Source: the human T2T-CHM13v2.0 reference genome, Homo sapiens
Assembly: GCF_009914755.1 (NCBI RefSeq)
Contig: NC_060948.1
Strand: one strand, 5' to 3'
DNA length: 64,000 bases
Part shown: piece by piece, positions 17,847 through 39,604 of the stretch
Layout of the letters: the number at the start of each line of letters is the position of its first letter
Position numbering within the stretch: position 1 is the first letter of the stretch
Notes under the pieces: generated by a model
What the model was told of the DNA's origin: nothing
What the model saw: the letters and a program-made list of their open reading frames with translations, nothing else
The model's database searches: none
Position numbers and translations under genes: made by a program

Positions 17847-19951
17847 AGATCCATATTTTTTAAATGAAAAAAAATTTCAAAGGTACTCTGCTTGGTACAA
17901 TAATCAAATGTGTAAACTGAGGAATAAAACATAACCATGAAACCTACTTATAACTGCATATGGAAAATACAGAGGATAATTTTTTAAATAACAAATTTTG
18001 AAAGCCTTAACTAGTAATTTGAAGAGCTGGCATTTGAAAGGCCAGTATGAATATACCTTTAAAGCAGCAACACAGGTTCCCCATGAGAAAAAGCAAACAC
18101 AGGGAAAGTAAAAACACAAAGGTTCAATCTCTTCTGACCTTTGAAAGACACAGCACAGACAGTGGTCCTTAGGACGAAGAGCAGGAGACCCCTAATTCCG
18201 TCACCATGGCGATAGGGCATAAACATTGCTGGGTGAGGGCACAATCCACATTGTGAGGTCCAACTGCTGCCAGGAAGACAGGAGTGCTTTTACATAGACC
18301 GAAAGGTCATTGAAGGCTCAGAGTTTTGTTTCAAGAACTGAATCCCAAGCCCACACGTTATTAGGCTGCGCTTCTTAAAACAAGTTATGAGATGGGAAAA
18401 AGGGCACCCACAAACATACGTATACATTATGTATATAATAATATACAGTGTCATATATATAATATATATAACCTATGTATAATATTGTTTTACATCCTGC
18501 ATCTTATGTTATATATATTGTATAAAATATAATAATTGATAATATATAAGTTTTATATTTACACAATATGACATATAGTATATATTATAATTTATGTCAT
18601 ATATAATATATGTTATATATCATATATAGAATATATTATACGGTTAATATACGTATTAAATATAAATTATACATTATATATATTATATATAATATATCTG
18701 TTATATATAATACCCATTATGCATAATATATATATTATGTCTATGTTATATATAGTATAAAACAACATATAATAATATATAATTGTATATATAAAATGCG
18801 ATATATAATATATATTATATTTTATGACATATGTAATATATATTATATATTATATATAATACGTTGTATGTATAATACCTATATTAAATATATATTATAT
18901 GACTATGTTATTAATTACATGTCACATGTGTTATATATTATTTATTTTACATAGAATATACCGGTTACATACAATATATACTATGTTACCTATAATGTAT
19001 AATTTATTACATGTAAAATAAAGAATGCAATATATTATGTATAATTTATAATATACCATATGTGGAATGTGATATATATAACATATAATATATGATATAT
19101 GATATACAGTATATGATATATAACATACAATATATGATTCCTAATATATATGGTATACAATATATATTTTATGATATGTATTCTATATGTTTTATATTCT
19201 GTTATATATAACTATTTGAAATTATATATAACTGTATAATATTTTATGTAAATATGTAATATAATATATATAACCATATAATATATTATATATAACTATA
19301 TATTATGTTATATATACTTTTATAACATAATTTACATAAAATATCATAATATAATATATATTATATTATTTCATATTACATAATATATATTACATATCAC
19401 CCAATATAACTAACATACATAATATTATAATATAGATTATATTGTGTTATATTAAATATCATATATATCATGTATCATATATTCTATAATATATATTACA
19501 CATTATATAATATGTATGTTGTCTATTATGTGATATATATGACAATATATATAATTATATTTTTATACATATAACTAGATAAACATGTAATTCTACATAT
19601 TTTCATTTATAATATGTAGAATTATATAATCATATATAATTATTTATATTCTATAAAAAATTTTATCTTTATATAAATTATAATATATAAAAATTATAAT
19701 ATGTTCTTCAAATATATATATTATATATCATATATGCTATAGTACCTTTGTTATATATCATAATACATATAAATGTGTATTATGTTATCTATAATTATAT
19801 AATTTCATATATAAGTTGTATAATATGTATCATATATTATATATGTTATGTAATATATATAGTATATATAAGATGACACAGGATAAATATTATATACTAT
19901 GACATATAAAATATATGAGGTTATATGTTACATATAAGGCATAGCACATAA

Positions 19952-20266
<315 letters not shown>

Positions 20267-22361
20267 AGATCCATATTTTTTAAATGAAAAAAAATTTCAA
20301 AGGTACTCTGCTTGGTACAATAATCAAATGTATAAACTGAGGAATAAAACATAACCATGAAACCTACTTATAACTGCATATGGAAAATACAGAGGATAAT
20401 TTTTTAAATAACAAATTTTGAAAGCCTTAACTAGTAATTTGAAGAGCTGGCATTTGAAAGGCCAGTATGAATATACCTTCAAAGCAGCAACACAGGTTCC
20501 CCATGAGAAAAAGCAAACACAGGGAAAGTAAAAACACAAAGGTTCAATCTCTTCTGACCTTTGAAAGACACAGCACAGACAGTGGTCCTTAGGACGAAGA
20601 GCAGGAGACCCCTAATTCCGTCACCATGGCGATAGGGCATAAACATTGCTGGGTGAGGGCACAATCCACATTGTGAGGTCCAACTGCTGCCAGGAAGACA
20701 GGAGTGCTTTTACATAGACCGAAAGGTCATTGAAGGCTCAGAGTTTTGTTTCAAGAACTGAATCCCAAGCCCACACGTTATTAGGCTGCGCTTCTTAAAA
20801 CAAGTTATGAGATGGGAAAAAGGGCACCCACAAACATACGTATACATTATGTATATAATAATATAGAGTGTCATATATATAATATATATAACCTATGTAT
20901 AATATTGTTTTACATCCTGCATCTTATGTTATATATATTGTATAAAATATAATAATTGATAATATATAAGTTTTATATTTACACAATATGACATATAGTA
21001 TATATTATAATTTATGACATATATAATATATGTTATATATCATATATAGAATATATTATACGGTTAATATACGTATTAAATATAAATTATACATTATATA
21101 TATTATATATAATATATCTGTTATATATAATACCCATTATGCATAATATATATATTATGTCTATGTTATATATAGTATAAAACAACATATAATAATATAT
21201 AATTGTATATATAAAATGCAACATATAATATATATTATATTTTATAACATATGTAATATATATTATATATAATACGTTGTATGTATAATACCTATATTAA
21301 ATATATATTATATGACTATGTTATTAATTACATGTCACATGTGTTATATATTATATATTTTACATAGAATATACCGGTTACATACAATATATACTATGTT
21401 ACCTATAATGTATAATTTATTACATGTAAAATAAAGAATGCAATATATTATGTATAATTTATAATATACAATATGTGGAATGTGATATATATAACATATA
21501 ATATATGATATATGATATACAGTATATGATATATAACATACAATATATGATTCCTAATATATATGGTATACAATATATATTTTATGATATGTATTCTATA
21601 TGTTTTATATTCTGTTATATATAACTATTTGAAATTATATATAACTGTATAATATTTTATGTAAATATGTAATATAATATATATAACTATATAATATATT
21701 ATATATAACTATATATTATGTTATATATACTTTTATAACATAATTTACATAAAATATCATAATATAATATATATTATATTATTTCATATTACATAATATA
21801 TATTACATATCACCCAATATAACTAACATACATAATATTATAATATAGATTATATTGTGTTATATTAAATATCATATATATCATGTATCATATATTCTAT
21901 AATATATATTACACATTATATAATATGTATGTTGTCTATTATGTGATATATATAACTCTATATATAATTATATTTTTATACATATAACTAGATAAACATG
22001 TAATTCTACATATTTTCATTTATAATATGTAGAATTATATAATCATATATAATTATTTATATTCTATAAAAAATTTTATCATTATATAAATAATATATAA
22101 AAATTATAATATGTACTACAAATATATATATTATATATCATATATGATATAGTACCTTTGTTATATATCATAATACATATAAATGTGTATTATGTTATCT
22201 ATAATTATATAATTTCATATATAAGATGTATAATATGTATCATATATTATATATGTTATGTAATATATACAGTATATATAAGATGACACAGGATAAATAT
22301 TATATACTATGACATATAAAATATATGAGGTTATATGTTACATATAAGGCATAGCACATAA

Positions 22362-22676
<315 letters not shown>

Positions 22677-24771
22677 AGATCCATATTTTTTAAATGAAAA
22701 AAAATTTCAAAGGTACTCTGCTTGGTACAATAATCAAATGTATAAACTGAGGAATAAAACATAACCATGAAACCTACTTATAACTGCATATGGAAAATAC
22801 AGAGGATAATTTTTTAAATAACATATTTTGAAAGCCTTAACTAGTAATTTGAAGAGTTGGCATTTGAAAGGCCAGTATGAATATACCTTCAAAGCAGCAA
22901 CACAGGTTCCCCATGAGAAAAAGCAAACACAGGGGAAATAAAAACACAAAGGTTCAATCTCTTCTGACCTTTGAAAGACACAGCACAGACAGTGGTCCTT
23001 AGGACGAAGAGCAGGAGACCCCTAATTCCGTCACCATGGCGATAGGGCATAAACATTGCTGGGTGAGGGCACAATCCACATTGTGAGGTCCAACTGCTGC
23101 CAGGAAGACAGGAGTGCTTTTACATAGACCGAAAGGTCATTGAAGGCTCAGAGTTTTGTTTCAAGAACTGAATCCCAAGCCCACACGTTATTAGGCTGCG
23201 CTTCTTAAAACAAGTTATGAGATGGGAAAAAGGGCACCCACAAACATACGTATACATTATGTATATAATAATATACAGTATCATATATATAATATATATA
23301 ACCTATGTATAATATTGTTTTACATCCTGCATCTTATGTTATATATATTGTATAAAATATAATAATTGATAATATATAAGTTTTATATTTACACAATATG
23401 ACATATAGTATATATTATAATTTATGACATATATAATATATGTTATATATCATATATAGAATATATTATACGGTTAATATACGTATTAAATATAAATTAT
23501 ACATTATATATATTATATATAATATATCTGTTATATATAATACCCATTATGCATAATATATATATTATGTCTATGTTATATATAGTATAAAACAACATAT
23601 AATAATATATAATTGTATATATAAAATGCAACATATAATATATATTATATTTTATAACATATGTAATATATATTATATATAATACGTTGTATGTATAATA
23701 CCTATATTAAATATATATTATATGACTATGTTATTAATTACATGTCACATGTGTTATATATTATATATTTTACATAGAATATACCGGTTACATACAATAT
23801 ATACTATGTTACCTATAATGTATAATTTATTACATGTAAAATAAAGAATGCAATATATTATGTATAATTTATAATATACAATATGTGGAATGTGATATAT
23901 ATAACATATAATATATGATATATGATATACAGTATATGATATATAACATACAATATATGATTCCTAATATATATGGTATACAATATATATTTTATGATAT
24001 GTATTCTATATGTTTTATATTCTGTTATATATAACTATTTGAAATTATATATAACTGTATAATATTTTATGTAAATATGTAATATAATATATATAACTAT
24101 ATAATATATTATATATAACTATATATTATGTTATATATACTTTTATAACATAATTTACATAAAATATCATAATATAATATATATTATATTATTTCATATT
24201 ACATAATATATATTACATATCACCCAATATAACTAACATACATAATATTATAATATAGATTATATTGTGTTATATTAAATATCATATATATCATGTATCA
24301 TATATTCTATAATATATATTACACATTATATAATATGTATGTTGTCTATTATGTGATATATATAACTCTATATATAATTATATTTTTATACATATAACTA
24401 GATAAACATGTAATTCTACATATTTTCATTTATAATATGTAGAATTATATAATCATATATAATTATTTATATTCTATAAAAAATTTTATCATTATATAAA
24501 TAATATATAAAAATTATAATATGTACTACAAATATATATATTATATATCATATATGATATAGTACCTTTGTTATATATCATAATACATATAAATGTGTAT
24601 TATGTTATCTATAATTATATAATTTCATATATAAGATGTATAATATGTATCATATATTATATATGTTATGTAATATATACAGTATATATAAGATGACACA
24701 GGATAAATATTATATACTATGACATATAAAATATATGAGGTTATATGTTACATATAAGGCATAGCACATAA

Positions 24772-25086
<315 letters not shown>

Positions 25087-27191
25087 AGATCCATATTTTT
25101 TAAATGAAAAAAAATTTCAAAGGTACTCTGCTTGGTACAATAATCAAATGTATAAACTGAGGAATAAAACATAACCATGAAACCTACTTATAACTGCATA
25201 TGGAAAATACAGAGGATAATTTTTTAAATAACATATTTTGAAAGCCTTAACTAGTAATTTGAAGAGTTGGCATTTGAAAGGCCAGTATGAATATACCTTC
25301 AAAGCAGCAACACAGGTTCCCCATGAGAAAAAGCAAACACAGGGGAAATAAAAACACAAAGGTTCAATCTCTTCTGACCTTTGAAAGACACAGCACAGAC
25401 AGTGGTCCTTAGGACGAAGAGCAGGAGACCCCTAATTCCGTCACCATGGCGATAGGGCATAAACATTGCTGGGTGAGGGCACAATCCACATTGTGAGGTC
25501 CAACTGCTGCCAGGAAGACAGGAGTGCTTTTACATAGACCGAAAGGTCATTGAAGGCTCAGAGTTTTGTTTCAAGAACTGAATCCCAAGCCCACACGTTA
25601 TTAGGCTGCGCTTCTTAAAACAAGTTATGAGATGGGAAAAAGGGCACCCACAAACATACGTATACATTATGTATATAATAATATACAGTATCATATATAT
25701 AATATATATAACCTATGTATAATATTGTTTTACATCCTGCATCTTATGTTATATATATTGTATAAAATATAATAATTGATAATATATAAGTTTTATAATT
25801 ATACAATATGACATATAGTATATATTATAATTTATGACATATATAATATATGTTATATATCATATATAGAATATATTATACGGTTAATATACGTATTAAA
25901 TATAAATTATACATTATATATATTATATATAATATATCTGTTATATATAATACCCATTATGCATAATATATATATTATGTCTATGTTATATATAGTATAA
26001 AACAACATATAATAATATATAATTGTATATATAAAATGTGACATATAATATATATTATATTTTATAACATATGTAATATATATTATATATTATATATAAT
26101 ACGTTGTATGTATAATACCTATATTAAATATATATTATATGACTATGTTATTAATTACATGTCACATGTGTTATATATTATATATTTTACATAGAATATA
26201 CCGGTTACATACAATATATACTATGTTACCTATAATGTATAATTTATTACATGTAAAATAAAGAATGCAATATATTATGTATAATTTATAATATACAATA
26301 TGTGGAATGTGATATATATAACATATAATATATGATATATGATATACAGTATATGATATATAACATACAATATATGATTCCTAATATATATGGTATACAA
26401 TATATATTTTATGATATGTATTCTATATGTTTTATATTCTGTTATATATAACTATTTGAAATTATATATAACTGTATAATATTTTATGTAAATATGTAAT
26501 ATAATATATATAACTATATAATATATTATATATAACTATATATTATGTTATATATACTTTTATAACATAATTTACATAAAATATCATAATATAATATATA
26601 TTATATTATTTCATATTACATAATATATATTACATATCACCCAATATAACTAACATACATAATATTATAATATAGATTATATTGTGTTATATTAAATATC
26701 ATATATATCATGTATCATATATTCTATAATATATATTACACATTATATAATATGTATGTTGTCTATTATGTGATATATATAACTCTATATATAATTATAT
26801 TTTTATACATATAACTAGATAAACATGTAATTCTACATATTTTCATTTATAATATGTAGAATTATATAATCATATATAATTATTTATATTCTATAAAAAA
26901 TTTTATCATTCTATAAATTATAATATATAAAAATTATAATATGTACTACAAATATATATATTATATATCATATATGATATAGTACCTTTGTTATATATCA
27001 TAATACATATAAATGTGTATTATGTTAACTATAATTATATAATTTCATATATAAGATGTATAATATGTATCATATATTATATATGTTATGTAATATATAC
27101 AGTATATATAAGATGACACAGGATAAATATTATATACTATGACATATAAAATATATGAGGTTATATGTTACATATAAGGCATAGCACATAA

Positions 27192-27506
<315 letters not shown>

Positions 27507-29609
27507 AGATCCATATTTTTTAAACGAAAAAAAATTTCAAAGGTACTCTGCTTGGTACAATAATCAAATGTATAAACTGAGGAATAAAACATAACCATGA
27601 AACCTACTTATAACTGCATATGGAAAATACAGAGGATAATTTTTTAAATAACATATTTTGAAAGCCTTAACTAGTAATTTGAAGAGTTGGCATTTGAAAG
27701 GCCAGTATGAATATACCTTCAAAGCAGCAACACAGGTTCCCCATGAGAAAAAGCAAACACAGGGGAAATAAAAACACAAAGGTTCAATCTCTTCTGACCT
27801 TTGAAAGACACGGCACAGACAGTGGTCCTTAGGACGAAGAGCAGGAGACCCCTAATTCCGTCACCATGGCGATAGGGCATAAACATTGCTGGGTGAGGGC
27901 ACAATCCACATTGTGAGGTCCAACTGCTGCCAGGAAGACAGGAGTGCTTTTACATAGACCGAAAGGTCATTGAAGGCTCAGAGTTTTGTTTCAAGAACTG
28001 AATCCCAAGCCCACACGTTATTAGGCTGCGCTTCTTAAAACAAGTTATGAGATGGGAAAAAGGGCACCCACAAACATACGTATACATTATGTATATAATA
28101 ATATACAGTATCATATATATAATATATATAACCTATGTATAATATTGTTTTACATCCTGCATCTTATGTTATATATATTGTATAAAATATAATAATTGAT
28201 AATATATAAGTTTTATAATTATACAATATGACATATAGTATATATTATAATTTATGACATATATAATATATGTTATATATCATATATAGAATATATTATA
28301 CGGTTAATATACGTATTAAATATAAATTATACATTATATATTATATATAATATATCTGTTATATATAATACCCATTATGCATAATATATATATTATGTCT
28401 ATGTTATATATAGTATAAAACAACATATAATAATATATAATTGTATATATAAAATGTGACATATAATATATATTATATTTTATAACATATGTAATATATA
28501 TTATATATTATATATAATACGTTGTATGTATAATACCTATATTAAATATATATTATATGACTATGTTATTAATTACATGTCACATGTGTTATATATTATA
28601 TATTTTACATAGAATATACCGGTTACATACAATATATACTATGTTACCTATAATGTATAATTTATTACATGTAAAATAAAGAATGCAATATATTATGTAT
28701 TATTTGTAATACACAATATGTGGAATGTGATATATATAACATATAATATATGATATATGATATACAGTATATGATATATAACATACAATATATGATTCCT
28801 AATATATATGGTATACAATATATATTTTATGATATGTATTCTATATGTTTTATATTCTGTTATATATAACTATTTGAAATTATATATAACTGTATAATAT
28901 TTTATGTAAATATGTAATATAATATATATAACTATATAATATATTATATATAACTATATATTATGTTATATATACTTTTATAACATAATTTACATAAAAT
29001 ATCATAATATAATATATATTATATTATTTCATATTACATAATATATATTACATATCACCCAATATAACTAACATACATAATATTATAATATAGATTATAT
29101 TGTGTTATATTAAATATCATATATATCATGTATCATATATTCTATAATATATATTACACATTATATAATATGTATGTTGTCTATTATGTGATATATATAA
29201 CTCTATATATAATTATATTTTTATACATATAACTAGATAAACATGTAATTCTACATATTTTCATTTATAATATGTAGAATTATATAATCATATATAATTA
29301 TTTATATTCTATAAAAAATTTTATCATTATATAAATTATAATATATAAAAATTATAATATGTACTACAAATATATATATTATATATCATATATGATATAG
29401 TACCTTTGTTATATATCATAATACATATAAATGTGTATTATGTTAACTATAATTATATAATTTCATATATAAGATGTATAATATGTATCATATATTATAT
29501 ATGTTATGTAATATATACAGTATATATAAGATGACACAGGATAAATATTATATACTATGACATATAAAATATATGAGGTTATATGTTACATATAAGGCAT
29601 AGCACATAA

Positions 29610-29924
<315 letters not shown>

Positions 29925-32029
29925 AGATCCATATTTTTTAAACGAAAAAAAATTTCAAAGGTACTCTGCTTGGTACAATAATCAAATGTATAAACTGAGG
30001 AATAAAACATAACCATGAAACCTACTTATAACTGCATATGGAAAATACAGAGGATAATTTTTTAAATAACATATTTTGAAAGCCTTAACTAGTAATTTGA
30101 AGAGTTGGCATTTGAAAGGCCAGTATGAATATACCTTCAAAGCAGCAACACAGGTTCCCCATGAGAAAAAGCAAACACAGGGGAAATAAAAACACAAAGG
30201 TTCAATCTCTTCTGACCTTTGAAAGACACGGCACAGACAGTGGTCCTTAGGACGAAGAGCAGGAGACCCCTAATTCCGTCACCATGGCGATAGGGCATAA
30301 ACATTGCTGGGTGAGGGCACAATCCACATTGTGAGGTCCAACTGCGGCCAGGAAGACAGGAGTGCTTTTACATAGACCGAAAGGTCATTGAAGGCTCAGA
30401 GTTTTGTTTCAAGAACTGAATCCCAAGCCCACACGTTATTAGGCTGCGCTTCTTAAAACAAGTTATGAGATGGGAAAAAGGGCACCCACAAACATACGTA
30501 TACATTATGTATATAATAATATACAGTATCACATATATAATATATATAACCTATGTATAATATTGTTTTACATCCTGCATCTTATGTTATATATATTGTA
30601 TAAAATATAATAATTGATAATATATAAGTTTTATAATTATACAATATGACATATAGTATATATTATAATTTATGACATATATAATATATGTTATATGTCA
30701 TATATAGAATATATTATAGGGTTAATATACGTATTAAATATAAATTATACATTATATATATTATATATAATATATCTGTTATATATAATACCCATTATGC
30801 ATAATATATATATTATGTCTATGTTATATATAGTATAAAACAACATATAATAATATATAATTGTATATATAAAATGCGACATATAATATATATTATATTT
30901 TATAACATATGTAATATATATTATATATTATATATAATACGTTGTATGTATAATACCTATATTAAATATATATTATATGACTATGTTATTAATTACATGT
31001 CACATGTGTTATATATTATATATTTTACATAGAATATACCGGTTACATACAATATATACTATGTTACCTATAATGTATAATTTATTACATGTAAAATAAA
31101 TAATGCAATATATTATGTATAATTTATAATATACAATATGTGGAATGTGATATATATAACATATAATATATGATATATGATATACAGTATATGATATATA
31201 ACATACAATATATGATTCCTAATATATATGGTATACAATATATATTTTATGATATGTATTCTATATGTTTTATATTCTGTTATATATAACTATTTGAAAT
31301 TATATATAACTGTATAATATTTTATGTAAATATGTAATATAATATATATAACTATATAATATATTATATATAACTATATATTATGTTATATATACTTTTA
31401 TAACATAATTTACATAAAATATCATAATATAATATATATTATATTATTTCATATTACATAATATATATTACATATCACCCAATATAACTAACATACATAA
31501 TATTATAATATAGATTATATTGTGTTATATTAAATATCATATATATCATGTATCATATATTCTATAATATATATTACACATTATATAATATGTATGTTGT
31601 CTATTATGTGATATATATAACTCTATATATAATTATATTTTTATACATATAACTAGATAAACATGTAATTCTACATATTTTCATTTATAATATGTAGAAT
31701 TATATAATCATATATAATTATTTATATTCTATAAAAAATTTTATCATTATATAAATTATAATATATAAAAATTATAATATGTACTACAAATATATATATT
31801 ATATATCATATATGATATAGTACCTTTGTTATATATCATAATACATATAAATGTGTATTATGTTATCTATAATTATATAATTTCATATATAAGATGTATA
31901 ATATGTATCATATATTATATATGTTATGTAATATATACAGTATATATAAGATGACACAGGATAAATATTATATACTATGACATATAAAATATATGAGGTT
32001 ATATGTTACATATAAGGCATAGCACATAA

Positions 32030-32344
<315 letters not shown>

Positions 32345-34449
32345 AGATCCATATTTTTTAAATGAAAAAAAATTTCAAAGGTACTCTGCTTGGTACAATA
32401 ATCAAATGTATAAACTGAGGAATAAAACATAACCATGAAACCTACTTATAACTGCATATGGAAAATACAGAGGATAATTTTTTAAATAACATATTTTGAA
32501 AGCCTTAACTAGTAATTTGAAGAGTTGGCATTTGAAAGGCCAGTATGAATATACCTTCAAAGCAGCAACACAGGTTCCCCATGAGAAAAAGCAAACACAG
32601 GGGAAATAAAAACACAAAGGTTCAATCTCTTCTGACCTTTGAAAGACACAGCACAGACAGTGGTCCTTGGGACGAAGAGCAGGAGACCCCTAATTCCGTC
32701 ACCATGGCGATAGGGCATAAACATTGCTGGGTGAGGGCACAATCCACATTGTGAGGTCCAACTGCTGCCAGGAAGACAGGAGTGCTTTTACATAGACCGA
32801 AAGGTCATTGAAGGCTCAGAGTTTTGTTTCAAGAACTGAATCCCAAGCCCACACGTTATTAGGCTGCGCTTCTTAAAACAAGTTATGAGATGGGAAAAAG
32901 GGCACCCACAAACATACGTATACATTATGTATATAATAATATACAGTATCATATATATAATATATATAACCTATGTATAATATTGTTTTACATCCTGCAT
33001 CTTATGTTATATATATTGTATAAAATATAATAATTGATAATATATAAGTTTTATAATTATACAATATGACATATAGTATATATTATAATTTATGACATAT
33101 ATAATATATGTTATATATCATATATAGAATATATTATACGGTTAATATACGTATTAAATATAAATTATACATTATATATATTATATATAATATATCTGTT
33201 ATATATAATACCCATTATGCATAATATATATATTATGTCTATGTTATATATAGTATAAAACAACATATAATAATATATAATTGTATATATAAAATGTGAC
33301 ATATAATATATATTATATTTTATAACATATGTAATATATATTATATATTATATATAATACGTTGTATGTATAATACCTATATTAAATATATATTATATGA
33401 CTATGTTATTAATTACATGTCACATGTGTTATATATTATATATTTTACATAGAATATACCGGTTACATACAATATATACTATGTTACCTATAATGTATAA
33501 TTTATTACATGTAAAATAAAGAATGCAATATATTATGTATAATTTATAATACACAATATGTGGAATGTGATATATATAACATATAATATATGATATATGA
33601 TATACAGTATATGATATATAACATACAATATATGATTCCTAATATATATGGTATACAATATATATTTTATGATATGTATTCTATATGTTTTATATTCTGT
33701 TATATATAACTATTTGAAATTATATATAACTGTATAATATTTTATGTAAATATGTAATATAATATATATAACTATATAATATATTATATATAACTATATA
33801 TTATGTTATATATACTTTTATAACATAATTTACATAAAATATCATAATATAATATATATTATATTATTTCATATTACATAATATATATTACATATCACCC
33901 AATATAACTAACATACATAATATTATAATATAGATTATATTGTGTTATATTAAATATCATATATATCATGTATCATATATTCTATAATATATATTACACA
34001 TTATATAATATGTATGTTGTCTATTATGTGATATATATAACTCTATATATAATTATATTTTTATACATATAACTAGATAAACATGTAATTCTACATATTT
34101 TCATTTATAATATGTAGAATTATATAATCATATATAATTATTTATATTCTATAAAAAATTTTATCATTATATAAATTATAATATATAAAAATTATAATAT
34201 GTACTACAAATATATATATTATATATCATATATGATATAGTACCTTTGTTATATATCATAATACATATAAATGTGTATTATGTTAACTATAATTATATAA
34301 TTTCATATATAAGATGTATAATATGTATCATATATTATATATGTTATGTAATATATACAGTATATATAAGATGACACAGGATAAATATTATATACTATGA
34401 CATATAAAATATATGAGGTTATATGTTACATATAAGGCATAGCACATAA

Positions 34450-34764
<315 letters not shown>

Positions 34765-36869
34765 AGATCCATATTTTTTAAATGAAAAAAAATTTCAAAG
34801 GTACTCTGCTTGGTACAATAATCAAATGTATAAACTGAGGAATAAAACATAACCATGAAACCTACTTATAACTGCATATGGAAAATACAGAGGATAATTT
34901 TTTAAATAACATATTTTGAAAGCCTTAACTAGTAATTTGAAGAGTTGGCATTTGAAAGGCCAGTATGAATATACCTTCAAAGCAGCAACACAGGTTCCCC
35001 ATGAGAAAAAGCAAACACAGGGGAAATAAAAACACAAAGGTTCAATCTCTTCTGACCTTTGAAAGACACGGCACAGACAGTGGTCCTTAGGACGAAGAGC
35101 AGGAGACCCCTAATTCCGTCACCATGGCGATAGGGCATAAACATTGCTGGGTGAGGGCACAATCCACATTGTGAGGTCCAACTGCGGCCAGGAAGACAGG
35201 AGTGCTTTTACATAGACCGAAAGGTCATTGAAGGCTCAGAGTTTTGTTTCAAGAACTGAATCCCAAGCCCACACGTTATTAGGCTGCGCTTCTTAAAACA
35301 AGTTATGAGATGGGAAAAAGGGCACCCACAAACATACGTATACATTATGTATATAATAATATACAGTATCACATATATAATATATATAACCTATGTATAA
35401 TATTGTTTTACATCCTGCATCTTATGTTATATATATTGTATAAAATATAATAATTGATAATATATAAGTTTTATAATTATACAATATGACATATAGTATA
35501 TATTATAATTTATGACATATATAATATATGTTATATGTCATATATAGAATATATTATAGGGTTAATATACGTATTAAATATAAATTATACATTATATATA
35601 TTATATATAATATATCTGTTATATATAATACCCATTATGCATAATATATATATTATGTCTATGTTATATATAGTATAAAACAACATATAATAATATATAA
35701 TTGTATATATAAAATGCGACATATAATATATATTATATTTTATAACATATGTAATATATATTATATATTATATATAATACGTTGTATGTATAATACCTAT
35801 ATTAAATATATATTATATGACTATGTTATTAATTACATGTCACATGTGTTATATATTATATATTTTACATAGAATATACCGGTTACATACAATATATACT
35901 ATGTTACCTATAATGTATAATTTATTACATGTAAAATAAAGAATGCAATATATTATGTATAATTTATAATATACAATATGTGGAATGTGATATATATAAC
36001 ATATAATATATGATATATGATATACAGTATATGATATATAACATACAATATATGATTCCTAATATATATGGTATACAATATATATTTTATGATATGTATT
36101 CTATATGTTTTATATTCTGTTATATATAACTATTTGAAATTATATATAACTGTATAATATTTTATGTAAATATGTAATATAATATATATAACTATATAAT
36201 ATATTATATATAACTATATATTATGTTATATATACTTTTATAACATAATTTACATACAATATCATAATATAATATATATTATATTATTTCATATTACATA
36301 ATATATATTACATATCACCCAATATAACTAACATACATAATATTATAATATAGATTATATTGTGTTATATTAAATATCATATATATCATGTATCATATAT
36401 TCTATAATATATATTACACATTATATAATATGTATGTTGTCTATTATGTGATATATATAACTCTATATATAATTATATTTTTATACATATAACTAGATAA
36501 ACATGTAATTCTACATATTTTCATTTATAATATGTAGAATTATATAATCATATATAATTATTTATATTCTATAAAAAATTTTATCATTATATAAATTATA
36601 ATATATAAAAATTATAATATGTACTACAAATATATATATTATATATCATATATGATATAGTACCTTTGTTATATATCATAATACATATAAATGTGTATTA
36701 TGTTATCTATAATTATATAATTTCATATATAAGATGTATAATATGTATCATATATTATATATGTTATGTAATATATACAGTATATATAAGATGACACAGG
36801 ATAAATATTATATACTATGACATATAAAATATATGAGGTTATATGTTACATATAAGGCATAGCACATAA

Positions 36870-37184
<315 letters not shown>

Positions 37185-39289
37185 AGATCCATATTTTTTA
37201 AATGAAAAAAAATTTCAAAGGTACTCTGCTTGGTACAATAATCAAATGTATAAACTGAGGAATAAAACATAACCATGAAACCTACTTATAACTGCATATG
37301 GAAAATACAGAGGATAATTTTTTAAATAACATATTTTGAAAGCCTTAACTAGTAATTTGAAGAGTTGGCATTTGAAAGGCCAGTATGAATATACCTTCAA
37401 AGCAGCAACACAGGTTCCCCATGAGAAAAAGCAAACACAGGGGAAATAAAAACACAAAGGTTCAATCTCTTCTGACCTTTGAAAGACACAGCACAGACAG
37501 TGGTCCTTGGGACGAAGAGCAGGAGACCCCTAATTCCGTCACCATGGCGATAGGGCATAAACATTGCTGGGTGAGGGCACAATCCACATTGTGAGGTCCA
37601 ACTGCTGCCAGGAAGACAGGAGTGCTTTTACATAGACCGAAAGGTCATTGAAGGCTCAGAGTTTTGTTTCAAGAACTGAATCCCAAGCCCACACGTTATT
37701 AGGCTGCGCTTCTTAAAACAAGTTATGAGATGGGAAAAAGGGCACCCACAAACATACGTATACATTATGTATATAATAATATACAGTATCATATATATAA
37801 TATATATAACCTATGTATAATATTGTTTTACATCCTGCATCTTATGTTATATATATTGTATAAAATATAATAATTGATAATATATAAGTTTTATAATTAT
37901 ACAATATGACATATAGTATATATTATAATTTATGACATATATAATATATGTTATATGTCATATATAGAATATATTATACGGTTAATATACGTATTAAATA
38001 TAAATTATACATTATATATATTATATATAATATATCTGTTATATATAATACCCATTATGCATAATATATATATTATGTCTATGTTATATATAGTATAAAA
38101 CAACATATAATAATATATAATTGTATATATAAAATGTGACATATAATATATATTATATTTTATAACATATGTAATATATATTATATATTATATATAATAC
38201 GTTGTATGTATAATACCTATATTAAATATATATTATATGACTATGTTATTAATTACATGTCACATGTGTTATATATTATATATTTTACATAGAATATACC
38301 GGTTACATACAATATATACTATGTTACCTATAATGTATAATTTATTACATGTAAAATAAATAATGCAATATATTATGTATAATTTATAATACACAATATG
38401 TGGAATGTGATATATATAACATATAATATATGATATATGATATACAGTATATGATATATAACATACAATATATGATTCCTAATATATATGGTATACAATA
38501 TATATTTTATGATATGTATTCTATATGTTTTATATTCTGTTATATATAACTATTTGAAATTATATATAACTGTATAATATTTTATGTAAATATGTAATAT
38601 AATATATATAACTATATAATATATTATATATAACTATATATTATGTTATATATACTTTTATAACATAATTTACATAAAATATCATAATATAATATATATT
38701 ATATTATTTCATATTACATAATATATATTACATATCACCCAATATAACTAACATACATAATATTATAATATAGATTATATTGTGTTATATTAAATATCAT
38801 ATATATCATGTATCATATATTCTATAATATATATTACACATTATATAATATGTATGTTGTCTATTATGTGATATATATAACTCTATATATAATTATATTT
38901 TTATACATATAACTAGATAAACATGTAATTCTACATATTTTCATTTATAATATGTAGAATTATATAATCATATATAATTATTTATATTCTATAAAAAATT
39001 TTATCATTATATAAATTATAATATATAAAAATTATAATATGTACTACAAATATATATATTATATATCATATATGATATAGTACCTTTGTTATATATCATA
39101 ATACATATAAATGTGTATTATGTTAACTATAATTATATAATTTCATATATAAGATGTATAATATGTATCATATATTATATATGTTATGTAATATATACAG
39201 TATATATAAGATGACACAGGATAAATATTATATACTATGACATATAAAATATATGAGGTTATATGTTACATATAAGGCATAGCACATAA

Positions 39290-39604
<315 letters not shown>

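Noticed and set aside
32545-32754. 69-aa plus-strand ORF (MNIPSKQQ...) in U14, U16, U18
   Set aside because: Created by a single TAG>TGG change. Useful as a HOR marker but not evidence of a gene.
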